DNA of 64,000 bases from Lama guanicoe. Lineage: Eukaryota. Below the pieces are notes generated by a model. The model saw nothing but the letters and a program-made list of their open reading frames with translations. It was not told where the DNA came from and did not search any database. The stretch is taken from assembly GCA_013239625.1 (NCBI GenBank), contig MU056277.1, positions 2,086,076-2,150,075 of the forward strand, given 5' to 3'. Of this stretch, positions 10,701-22,700 are shown one piece after another (position 1 is the stretch's first letter; the number at the start of each line of letters is the position of its first letter). A program made the position numbers and the translations under genes.

Positions 10701-13700
10701 TGTGGGGACGGGGTGGGGACCCCGCCCTGCAGCCAGTGGTTGTGCAGGCGGAGACGGATGGGCAGATTTCTGGCGTCCTCGTGGGTCGTGTGCAGTCCGC
10801 ATCCCCTTGGCATCTGGAAAGGCTCAGGGAGAGGACTGTCACCTCCCTTTGGCTGAAAGTGTCGGCTCTGCTGGTCTGAGCTGCACAGCCAGCACCATGC
10901 CCCCAGAGCCGCAGGCGGACTCCTTCAAGGGCACCTGGTGGACAGAGGTCCAGCAAGACTCAGGGCAGAACAAGCAGTTAGCTGTGTGGTGCCGACAATC
11001 CGGGACAGAGCGACAGGGGCCAGTGACACACTTGAACATCGGCCGCCTCATACGTCTAAGCGCAGCTCAGGGGCAGAGCGGCTTCCTGGTCCGTTGTCCA
11101 GGGAGCCCCCTGAGTCCTCCTGGGCTGTTGCAGTACCCGGGCGTCACACTGCCAGCGGGTCTCTTGTCCGGTAGGCGGTGAGGGACGCTGCTGCTCTGGC
11201 GGGAGTCCTGTCCTCTGTGGGGAGCACTCGGGGGTCACTGTGACCACGACCTAGAGTGTCACCTTTCCTTCAGTAGAACCCAGGCGCGCTCAGGAAGCTG
11301 CCCTCCCTGGTCGGTGCGGCTCCGGGGCCGCGTGTGGGCACAGCTGACCTGCCCCGCGGGCAGCAGCACTGCCTTCAGGGACAGAGGTCCCGCCCGACGG
11401 GGTGGCTGCGGGCTCGGCCACACTCAGCTGTTCTGTCTTGGCCTCTGTGGGGCTTTGTTCTTTGAGCGTGGACTCGAGGTCAGCACAGCCCCAGGTAGGC
11501 GAGTGTTGGTCTGGTCAGCTGCACCGCTAATTGTGATGTGGTTGCCGGTGTCGCGGTGGAACAGACAGAATGTTCTGGTGCGTCCTTTGGGGGCAGCGGG
11601 GCACGTGGCACTCTGCCCCTTTCCTTAAGTTCTTCAGCTGTTACTGCATCGGGTTGTCTGGCTGTGGGGAGTCAACAAAGCGTCTGAGACGCTGGAGAGT
11701 CCACCTGCGTCTGACTTTAAACTACACTGAGCTCAGAGCAAGATACGAGAAAATGCTTTCTGCGTCTTCATCGGCACTTCTGGCAGTTTTGTCCCAAAAC
11801 TTAACTGAAAGCGAGCCTTGAGCCTTGGAAAATTTCGGGGAGGGAAGAAGGCCCTTCTGGGACGGCTGACCAGCGTGAAGAAGCCGCCCTGGGTATTCCA
11901 GGGGGGCTGGTCCTTGCGCTCCCTCAGCCCCGGAAGGTGCCCGCTTCCTAGCCGGGCCGGGGCGGCCCTCCCGGGGCCAGGCGGGCGTGATGTCCGTGGC
12001 GGCAGGTCCCGGAGGGGCCCGTGGTGTCGCTGCAGACCACGTGGTTGGCGGGCACGGGAGCTCCCCGAGAAGGACGAGCCGGCGGCTGGAACAGCGGGAC
12101 GGAGGAGCCTGGGATCCAGACTGGGGACGGTCTTTCAAGGGTCCAGTCGAGTCTGAGGGAAACGAGCTAGCGTTTGGCCAAAGGGGTGCGCACGCGCGAG
12201 AGAAAGTGGAGGCATAAGTTGGGACGGGGGGTTGAGGGCAGAACCAGGCTCCTGACCAGAACAGACCACCGATTCCAGAGGGTCTGCAGGGGGTGCTTTG
12301 AAATCCTGACCCCAGGATCCCAGCAGGAGAGGCTGCGGCCCCAGGCCCAGCGTCGGGCGGGCCCCAGGGCTGAGGAGCGCCCCCATGTCCTGAGAGGGGA
12401 GGGGCCCCAGGAACCAAGTGTATTTCCTGAGCTGGAGGGTCTGCGGGGCGGGCGGCTCTGGCCCTGGGACCCGCGGGGCTGCCCGCGGGGTCTGTAAGCT
12501 GCGCTGGCAGAACCGTCTGAGGGCGGAACCACTGGCAAGTATTTCATGATGTTGCCGTCACTCTGGAGAGCCCGCTCACGTCCCGCTGCTGAGGGGTGGG
12601 GGCCGGGGGCCCCGTCCTGCGGGGAGACCCGCCCCTTCACCCCCAGAGGTCACACCGTGGAGCCAGGCATCTTCCCCTCCGGGGCGCATGCCCCTCCTTG
12701 AGGACGCCTCTGCCCGGCCCAAGGTCTGGTGCCTCCTCATCCTCAGGCACCGACAGGAGGACTGTGACCAGCTGCGTGGGCCCAGGTGTCTGCAGAGGTG
12801 GGCTTGAGCCAGTGGGATTGGGTGCAGGGTGGCCCCTTCCTGGCTGTGAGTGCAGCCAAGGGCCTCGGTCTTCTCATCCGTGAAGTGGGGGTGCTGGTAC
12901 CAGCACCACAGGGCCGCTGGGACCCATGTCTGCCCCAGGCCGGTTCCTAGGGACATTCCCACCCCCACCTCCCACCCCTACCCCTCACCCCAGGCCCCCT
13001 CTTCTCTCCACCATCGCCATCTGTGCGCTACCTCCTGTGCCCCCGGCAGCCGGCATCTGTGCCCCCAGCCCAGGCGTGTCATTCTCATAACAACCTGAGG
13101 GGCCCCCATCACCCCACTTTGCAGACGAGCTCATGGAGGCGCTGGCTGGCCTGAGGAGCTGAGGTCCACTCAGGCCCTCCGCTCCCGGCTTGGAGCGAAG
13201 GAGGCTCCTGAGGAAAGCCTGCGGCTGAGCCACTGTGGCCACGGCCCAGGAACCGCCAGCGTCCGGCCGTGGTTCAGAGCCCGCATTACACTCTGGGCTG
13301 AGGCTCGTTCCCTCGGTCACGGCAGGACTGTGGCCAGGCCGTCCCTCTGCCTGTGGCCCCAGGAGAGAGGCAGCTGTTGGGGGTGGGGAAGTGGGTTTCG
13401 AGCCCACAGCCCAGCAACAGGCGCCTCAGCTCGGTCCTGCCTGGTTCACCCACAGGCGGGGAACCCTCTGTTCTGCCCTCCTGGCCCTGGGTCACTGAGA
13501 CGGGCGGGCAGAGCGGAGAGCCTGCTGCGTGCTGGTGTGGGGCGTGTGGGGCTGGTGGGCTTGCGGCAGCAGGTGGTCATGGCCCACAGTCCCTCCACCC
13601 AGGCACCTCCTCAGGCACTGGGCAGTGCCAGGACGCTCTCTCCGTTCCCTAAGGTGCCCTGGGCCCGGTCACCACACTGGCTCGGCCTGTCCTCCCAGGG

Positions 13701-16700
13701 CCCTGCGCTCCTCCACCCGCCCCAGAGTAAGCAGGTGTCTCTTCTGAGCCCCAGCTTGGCCAGGTGCTCCACGTGTCTTTAGTCATGTCCTGCAGCGCAA
13801 ACCTAAGTGATGTTTTAAAGTAAAACACATTTGCTTCCGAGAGTTTTAAAAGTAGAAAGAGCTTTCTAAAGTGCCTTGGTACCCGGCCGGGGGTAACCCT
13901 GGGGCCCTCCTGCCCCACCACGTGGCCGTGGCCGTGGAGCTGTGAGCCCCGCCCCTACCGATGGCATCTGTTAGGACTTCCCGGGTCTCAGAGGAAACTT
14001 GTCTTGGAAACAGCGTGCCTGGAACAGCATCGGGTGCACGAGGTCCCCAGGGGTCTCCTAGTCAGCATGTGTCTCCTCCGTTGCCGCAGATCCCAGGACC
14101 GCCTTCTGGGACGCAGTCAGATGGGCCTGCGAGCGCCCAGACCTGGCGCCTGCCCCTGGTTCCCCCAGCCCCGCAGGCAGCACCCGCCCATCTGCAGGTG
14201 TGCGGATGTTCCCAGCTCTTGGCTCATGTCAGGGAGCCTCCTGCCTGGAAACAGCCGTCGCTCCCCTCCTGCCACCCCCTCAATACTCATCAGCCCTTCA
14301 GACACACCCGGCTCTGCTCAGGGCTCGGGCTGGTCCCCACCCGACTCTTCAGGCGTGGCCGCCTTCGTCCGCGCCAGGTGGCTGCTGTCCTGCCTGGGTG
14401 GAGGGGGTGGCGAGCCCTGGAGGGCGAGTCGCTTGTCCCAGCCTCTCCCTCAGGGAGACTGAGACCCAGCTCGGGGATCAGATTTCGAGTCCAGGACTCC
14501 TGATGCTGGCCCGGCCCAGAAGAGCCGTGTCCCCTCTGCACCTTATTAGCCCCTTGAGCCTCTCAGGTGAGGTGGGGGCTGTTGCCACCTTTCCTCTGGG
14601 GCAGGAGGAGCCCGGTAAGCCAGGCGGCCCTCTCACACCTGCCACTGCGGACTGAGCTCCTGGGCGTCCCGGACCCGCCGGCCAGCTCTCCACCACCGTG
14701 GGTTCTGTTTCACCCACAGCCCAGCTGTGTTTGCTCTCTGCCGTGCGTCTGCCCCTCACACCGCCCAGATTTATTAGGTTTGTGGCAGGAGGTTGTTGAT
14801 CTAGAAGGAGGGGGGAGGGGGCATCACTTCTGTCCAGGTCACAGTTTGTGCAGAACAAATGGTGCGTTGTTCCCCCGCCCGTGGCGGGGGTGGGGGCGGT
14901 CGGTGCTGATAAACGCTGGGTCCCGCCCGGAAGGCACGTGATGGTATCTGGGGCTCGAGTGTCTGTTTTCCCCATCAGGCGAGGAGAGCCTTCCTGTTTA
15001 GCTCCCAGAGATGGGTGGGGCTGCCCAGCCCTGCTCACAGCTCTGCTGCCTTCCCTCCGAGTGGTCGGGGGTCGTGCCTTCCAGAGCCCTCATCTTGGTG
15101 CTCTGGCCGCCTCTCAGTCCTGCTCCCACCACGTAAGACAGCCCGGGCACCTCCGGTGTCACTTCCATGCGCATTTGCCGTGTGCAGTGACCACCAGCAG
15201 AAATACAAGTGAGGGCTACACAGGGAACAGATGGGCGGAGAGCGGTTCCCCCGGCCCCTCTGACCCCGCTGGAGGCGGCCCCGAAGCGTCAGGGCTAGTC
15301 CCTGCTGTGACTGGGAGGATGGACGTGCATAAAATGGCTGGAAACCAGGACCCAGGCATGCAGTGAAGTGCCAAGCGGTGTTCAGAGGGAGGAGCAGCTT
15401 AGAGCTGGGGCACAGAGGGGAGGCCGGGCTGGGGGCTGGGGGTGGGCACATCGGGAGGCCGGACAAGGAAATGCGTGTGCGCCCTCCTGGAGGGAGACCT
15501 GGCACCAGAATTGGGCTGCAGTCACACAGAGGGGACACCAGAGAGACCGGGGAGACGCAGCCTGCCCTCGGGAGGGGGCCGTGGTCCAGCGGGGCCGTCC
15601 TGGGCCTGGCGCCCTGATCCGGGCTCCTGGTACTGCTGCAGCTGGTGCTGCGGCGGGTAGATGCTGTCCGGTGCCGCAGGGATGCGTCTGGCCCCTGATG
15701 TCACATGTGGCCCCGTCTTGGGCTACCCAGGACTGAAGTGAGCCAGGCAGAAGCGAGCCCTTCCCACGGAAGGCAGTCAGACCTCCTGGTGCCCGGGCAC
15801 TTGACCCCCACGGACAGAGGTTGGACGGAGCTGCGAGTCCCCTGCACGGTTGCGGCAGCCTTTGTGATCCCCGAGTCGCAGGAAGCATGTCTCCGAGGTG
15901 CCTGTGCTCGGGGCCAGCAAGGCTTCCTTGGTGCGGAGATTCTGGAGAAGGGGTGGCCACGTGGCCTGGAGCATAGCCTCGCAGCGGCCTCCCGTGAGCC
16001 TGCGACAAGACCACGAGCCCACGCCTCACTGGGAGCGCGGGGAGCCAGGAGGCGTGTAAGCTGTCTTGGGTTGCGGATGGGGAGGAGGTAGCTCCTCCGA
16101 GGGTCCAGAGTGCCGGACGGTGCTGAGGACCAGCACAGGGTGGGAGCCTGTTGGAAAACCTCGGGGGCAGGTGAAGGAGCCTAGAGGAAGGGGCCACGAG
16201 GTCCTGGCCTGGGGCCAGGCCCCCCAGGCCCCGAGCCGGGACGTGGGAACTGGGGTGTGCGGGTCAGCGGGACCAGGACTGAGTCTACAGAGACAGAACT
16301 CAGAACCACAAAGACTGTCGGCCACGTGGTGGCTTCTGTCCCCAGATCCTCCGTGGTGGCCCCTCGGGAAGGTCAGGACCGCCGTGGGGCCGGGCGGCGG
16401 GCTCCTGCTCACCAGGGTTCTCTGTGAGGTCGCACCTGGGTGCACCCCACCGTGCGCCTTGTGACTCACCCCCGGGGCTGCCCTGCAGGTGGGAGGTGCA
16501 CACAGATCCAGACACTGAAGTGACGGGAGCGTGAGCATCGTCCCTTTCTGTCTAGCTGTGCGAGCAGCGTGAGAAGCGGTTCTGCTCTCGTGGCGAAAGC
16601 GCGTCCAGGAGGGGCTCTTGCCGTCCCGCGGGCCTCAGTCTTCCCAGGTCTGACGCATGAGTCAGGCCCGGCTCCGCGTTCAGCGCTCCTCCTTCAGTGA

Positions 16701-19700
16701 AGTGAGTTCTGCAGCGTCACGGCTCAGGTGGGAGGCTGTGCCCTGAGGGGTTCACCGCGGGACCCCCTGCGGTCCTGCACGTGGTGTGGAGGTCCTGCTG
16801 GAAGCGTCCCCGCGCCCGGAGCCAAGGAAGTCTCGTTCTCCAGGCTAAGCTGTGAGCTCACGGCCTAAGCGGAGGCTGCTGTGTCCGTGCCGGGGGCTCA
16901 GCGCTCACCACGGCTCTCAGCTGGCTGTTTTGCCAAGAAACTTGCTCTCGTGCGCAGGACTCCCGCCCACCACACGCCTGAAACTGCCCGTCCCGAGGCG
17001 CTCGGGTGCGCCGGCCAGACGCGCTCACGACCAGGACACCGTCTCCCCGGCTCTGTGGGGCGGCTGTGCGGGCTCCTGTCCCAGCCGTCGGCCGTGGCGT
17101 CTTTGGTTCGCTCTCCGGGGCTGTGCCGCCTTCTTCTGGGCCATGGGGTCTTCCGCGAGCAGTGGTTTAAGGCTGGAGGGTCCCGTCTGCAGACCCGCTA
17201 ACTGGGTGCACAGAACACGGTGCTTGTGTGAGCACCCCAGACTCGCCTGGGGACAAGCTGCCCACCAGCCCTCTGCCCAGTGCCGCCTCCCTTCGGTCCC
17301 CGCACCATGGTGGCAGGAGGCCCGAGCATGGGGGCCCCACCCCACCTGGCCTAGGAGCTCACTGCTGCGTCCATGGCTGGACCTCGCGTGGAAGCCAGGG
17401 AGGGGAAGGCTGGCTGGGAGGACTGCCGCGTGGCATCAGGTCCTCACGGTGACCTTGGGGGCAGGGATGACACATTCAGCCTAGCAGCAGAGTGGACGGG
17501 GGGGCTACAGGACACACGAGACAGGGCAGGGCCTGGGGAGCATCTCCATCTGCGGGCGGCAGCCGAGGGTGGGAGGGACCAGGGCTGTAAGGATCACAGG
17601 GCCTCAGAAGGACGGTAAGGACACGAGAAGGGGACGTGGGGGGAGGGGGTCAGTGAGGACGGGACAGTGAGAGCAGGGAGGGGACACGGACGGGGAACAG
17701 GGGAGGACTGAGTAGCCGCCGTGTCCGGCTTCCCTGCTGCCCGAGGCTTTGCTGAGCAGGGACACCTGTAGCCTTAGGTTGCCATGACGATGAAACGGGG
17801 CCAGGTGGTGAGGGAGGCCTCGGCAAACAAGGGCACACCTGTGAGTCAGGGACAGCCCCTCCCGCCTTGTGGCCCGGCGGATCGTGGCCGGAGCGCTAGC
17901 ACCTGGTGCTGCTCTGTGCGCAGTCTGCGTGTGGGGCCTGTTGCAAAGTTACAGGTGTGCTTCTCGAGGGCTCGGGGGCACGGTTTTGCCTACAGGAGAC
18001 TGCTGGACGCCGTGGTCGCCCCCCTCGCTCTCTGTGAGGGGACTAACGCCGAGAGCCTGTGACTGTTCACGGGACCAGCTGGGCGGGGAGTCCGGACGCC
18101 GGTGCAGCCGGGCCGGCTTAATGCAGTCCTGCACCCTGTGTGCTCAGGGCGTGACGCCGTGTGCTGAACACTGCAGATTTTGACTCAATGCTGCGTTTCC
18201 CCCAGTAAATAAACAGGCCCCGTTCCCAGTGAAGCAGGGAGCCTGCGCTTCTTTCCAGCTGAGGAAGCCGTGTGGGGTCCCGAGAGGACAGAGACCCCTG
18301 CCCTCCAATCAGAGCAAACAGACCTTCAGGGCCCAGAAACCATGTCTACGCTCTCAGTGGCCAACCCCGCGAGGCCTGCGTCCACGGGGACCAGGGACCC
18401 GGGACCAGTGTCGGCAGCCTCCAGGTCCTCGTCCGACGTCAGGCCTGGCTTCCTCCGATTCTCCGCCGTCGTTCCTGCCGCGGGTTCATCCTCCCTGGTG
18501 GCTGTGGGATGGAGACCTGTGAAATGGCCCCTTTTGTGGGTCAGAAGGGTTTGAATATCCGCAGAGTCACCAGACCCAACATGTTGGAGAACACTGACAC
18601 CCTGCCCAGCCACCTCCGTGCTCGGGGTCCGCGGGGCCTCCACGGCCCGTCAGACGGCAAACGTGAAGAGGCTGGACTCGCCCCCTCCGGGATGAGCGAC
18701 CAGCTTACCGTCAGATTGGAGCTGACGGCCGCAAGTCCCTCGCACAAGCCCGCCCTCCTGCCCCGAGGGCCGCAGGTCTGGCATGACTCTGGGCTCAGTT
18801 CCACGGTCCCCTCGTGTGCCGTTTCACCCCCACCCCGGAGCCTATGTGGGGCGGGGCCCAGGAAAGGGGCTGGAGTTGTGTGTGGAGCTGGTGGTGTCGG
18901 TGCCTCTCGGCTCTGTGGGTATTTGGGGTGCAGAGACTAGGAGCCCGTTAATCCTGTGGGATTTGCCCTGACCCTCCCCTGACCGTGGTCTGTGCTGGGA
19001 GGGTAGCCCCTGTCTTGGGGGCCTCTGCTGGGGCCCCGGGCCTGACCACTCGCTGCTTGACCTCGTGCCTCGCCAGCCACTGGTGCATGTTTCCTGGATG
19101 AACGAATCACGTGTCTTTAGTGGGAAACGGTAGCTCCCTTTTCTCAGCGCAGCCTGGAGAGGAAAGTGAGGGTGGAGGTGCTGTGGCCATGGCTGCGTTT
19201 GCTCACGTTGGCCAGAGAAGGTCGCCTGTGGCCCGTGAGCCCAGAGCTCGTGGCTCAGCAGGAGATGAGGAGTGTGAGACCTGCGGAAGAGCGCAGGGCC
19301 CAGAGGTCGGCCGCCGGCCGGGGCCAAGTGCCGCGGGGCACCCGACACCCGGGGTAGGCGCCTGGCGTGGTGGGGGATCCCTCACAGCCGAGGGGCCTGC
19401 TTCTCCTTGGGCAGCTCCCCACAGCGCTCATCTCGGGCAGGTCCGTGGCCTGAGGATCGCGCTCAGGGCTGCCGCCTCCACTGGGGCTCGCGGCTGGCCC
19501 GGGCGGCGGGAGAGCGCGTCTACCACCTCATGATCCCGTGATGGGGAACAGGGCCTGCAGTGCCGGGTCTGCTCTGATCACCGGAGCCCCACCAGGCCTG
19601 GCCCAGCCCGAGAGCTGTCCTCTCCAGGTCGGCCGACTCCCAGCTGGGGCCCCTCAGCACCCCCCCCCCCGGTCCTTCCTGCCGGAGGAAGAGATCTGGT

Positions 19701-22700
19701 CCTGGGAGGGAGCCTGGTGTCCCCTGGGAGCACCGCCCCCCTGCAGAGCTAACCCTGCGCTTTAATGAGCTCCCCAGGGCCCCTGCCCGTGGCAGCGCCC
19801 CCTTGTCACACTGTCCTTGTTCTCAGTAACCCCACCCCAGGCGGTGGGGTGGGGGCATCCTGAAGTCTGGCTGCCGAGGACCTGGGCGCACACGACCCCC
19901 ACGCACACAGTCAGCGACGCTCAGGCTGTGCACGCGGGTCTTCAGCCGCGTTATACAGCTGCCCAGTGGCTGCTCCCAGCACGGCCAAGCGGAGGTATCC
20001 AGACCCGGGGTCCGGTGCTCCGGGGCTGCGCCTGCTCCCTCGCCCCCCGCAGCCCAGCTTAGTGGAGCCGGCGCTAAGCACGGGGCCCCTGCAGGGAGGG
20101 CCGGTACGGGCGACGGGGAGGGAGCGGCTGCAGCGGGAGCCCTGCCACCGCCGGTCGCCACTGTTAACCGGCCGCAGGTGGAACAGACGAGCCAGCTGCG
20201 GACTCCGGGCTCCGGCCCGCAAACCTGAGACCCTGGAGGGAACACGGGTCTGCATGCACCCGGCGGGCGGCCCAAACCTGGAGCCCAGTGACCTCCCTTT
20301 GTGCGCCCAGCACGGGCGTTCCGGGAGGCAGGTCGCCGCCCCCTGACGCGGCCGGCGGGCGACAGCATGACCTTAAGCCTCTTGTCCCTGCTGTCTCGGG
20401 ACCTCTCCAAGCTGTGGCTGCGCCTGAAGACCTGTACAGGTGCGCAAGGGTCAGGGACCCTCGGGGGCCCAGCACTGTCCGGGGTCCAGTGTGGGCTGCG
20501 TGGCTGGGGTGGTGGGAGGGGGCCGCTGCCGGGTGGGCGTGCCGGGCATCCTGGGGGGCCGGCCCCTCCCTCCCCGCCAGGCCCATCCTTGTCCTCATCC
20601 TCATCCCCAGGGCCCCCGCCTGGAGCAAAGGGGCATTGTCGCCAGTGCACACGGGAGGCGTGAAGCTCGGCCAGGTCCTTTGTTTCAGCTCCTGGAGACG
20701 GTCTGGGGCGCCGTGGTGGGAGCCCTGAGCCCGGCAGGGGCTCTGTCAGGGTGGGACCCAACCTGAACTCGGGGAGCGCCGACCTGGGTGGTCACGCCCC
20801 TGGTGACCAAGGACAAAGAGCCCGGGCCCAGGAGGGGGTGGCCTGGGTTTCCTGATCGAGTTTTTAAGGATGAAAGGTGCTTGTTTTGAAGTGATTTGTC
20901 AAGAGTGCATTTTCCGGTGGATACTTCTGCCGAAGATGGATGCGTAATTTGTTAAATAAGTATTTTGCAAATTTCAGTGAATGGGCCGCACCTCAGCTGT
21001 CGGCATCTGAAGGTCTCAGATTTAGAACAAAGACACCGGGTGTGTGAGGTGGCGGAGTGGGTGAGCCTCCCTGGCGAGGTCCGAGGACTCTGAAACCCAG
21101 AAGACGAGCACTTGGACGTGGTGGGAGGCCGGCAGCCCCACGGACACGGGGCTGGATAGGTCCCTGAAGGACCGCCCCCCAGGACTCGGCCCGTGTTGGG
21201 ACCCTGAGAAGTTTCGTCCGCGTAGCGCGTCCCGTGACGTCTGCTGGTGCCCTTCCCTCCTGGGAAGGCGAGGCTTTATGGCGGGGGCCCTCGGGTGGCC
21301 CTTCTCCATCACCTCAGACTCTGGTGGTTTCTGAACCGCAGGCTAGCTCTAGTTCTTAGCACTTCCCCTTAGAAATTGTGGGTGTTCTTCTAACGCGCGC
21401 TGTATTTTTTTAAGATGAAGAGGCTCCTGAATAAACGTCCGGAGGGGCGGGTGTAACTAAGGGCTGGAGGCTGTCCCCCATTCTCTGCAGACAGTTTGCT
21501 GTCTCCCCGCCGAAGCAGCGCTTGTCCGATTTCCCGGAGTTGCTGGTACATTGATGGAAACCTCTCCTTCACTGGTTCTGTGGAGCAGGCACCTCCAAGC
21601 TGGGCCCTTCACCTGGCCGTGTGACTGGGTGCTGACTCCCAGTGGCACCTGCTGTTTACAGGGGAGTCGTGCTCCTCCGTCCTCACATCTGCTAAGGCTG
21701 CACGAGGCGGGGAGGGAAGGTTGGTACCGGCCCGCCCGGAGCTGGGCCCAGAGCAGACTGAGTAGACGAGAGTGACGTGGCGAGACCCCGGCCCCATCAC
21801 TGTGCCCGAGGCGGCCGGAGCCCGCTGGGTGAGACGGCAGGGCTGGGCCACACTCCCAGACTCGGGTCGGGGTCTCCTGTCCCGCCACTGGGGACGTCAG
21901 CAAGGTCAGCGGGTGTGCAGGCCCTGCCACCGCCAAGCCCCGACCCCAGCTCCCTCTCCGTCGCCCCTCATTCCTCTCCTCTGCCTGTCTCTCTGTCTCT
22001 GTGTGTCCTTCTCTGTCTCGCTTCACGCCTCCCCGTCTCCTGTGTGTGCCTGGTCGTGGTGGGGCTCCGTGGTCAGGCTCCGGGGGGCGGCGTCTGCGAA
22101 GGGCCTGATCCCTGCTCTGCGCTGCGCCTCCCGCCTGCTGGGCAGCGACCCGTCAGCTGGGCCACCGGGTGAGGCGCAGGCTGAGATGAGCCCCAGCGCC
22201 CCGGCCTCCTCTGCCCTGAGCGTCATCGTTCTGTTTGCTGGGGTGTGACTGGGGAAGTGGATGCAGCGACTTGTCGGGTCTTAGATTTACAGCGTTCCTG
22301 GTACTCGGGAAACGGAATTAGACACGCACGTTCCCGGGCGAGGGGAGGGTTTGGAGAGCTTCTGGGGTTCCCGGAGCAGCTCTGGGTGTGCTGGCGCCGT
22401 GCTGGCCTCTCTGCGTGGCGCGTCCTGTGCGCTGCTTTCTGAGGGCAGGTCCAGCAGCCTCACTTGGGCACCGCCCTTCCCGGCTCTGCCCTCGGAGCAA
22501 GGAGGGAAGGAGGGAGGTAGACGTCCCGGATCTCTGTTGTTTTTAATGTTGGCAAGTGGTGGTTTTAGAACAAAGCTCTCGAAGATCTCCTTCATTTCCA
22601 AACAGCATAGGTTTGTGCATGTGTATGTCTGGTGAGTGTGAGCCACGTCCGCACGCACTGGGTGTGGCGTCAGTGTGTGGTGTGTACGTGTTGGTGTGTG

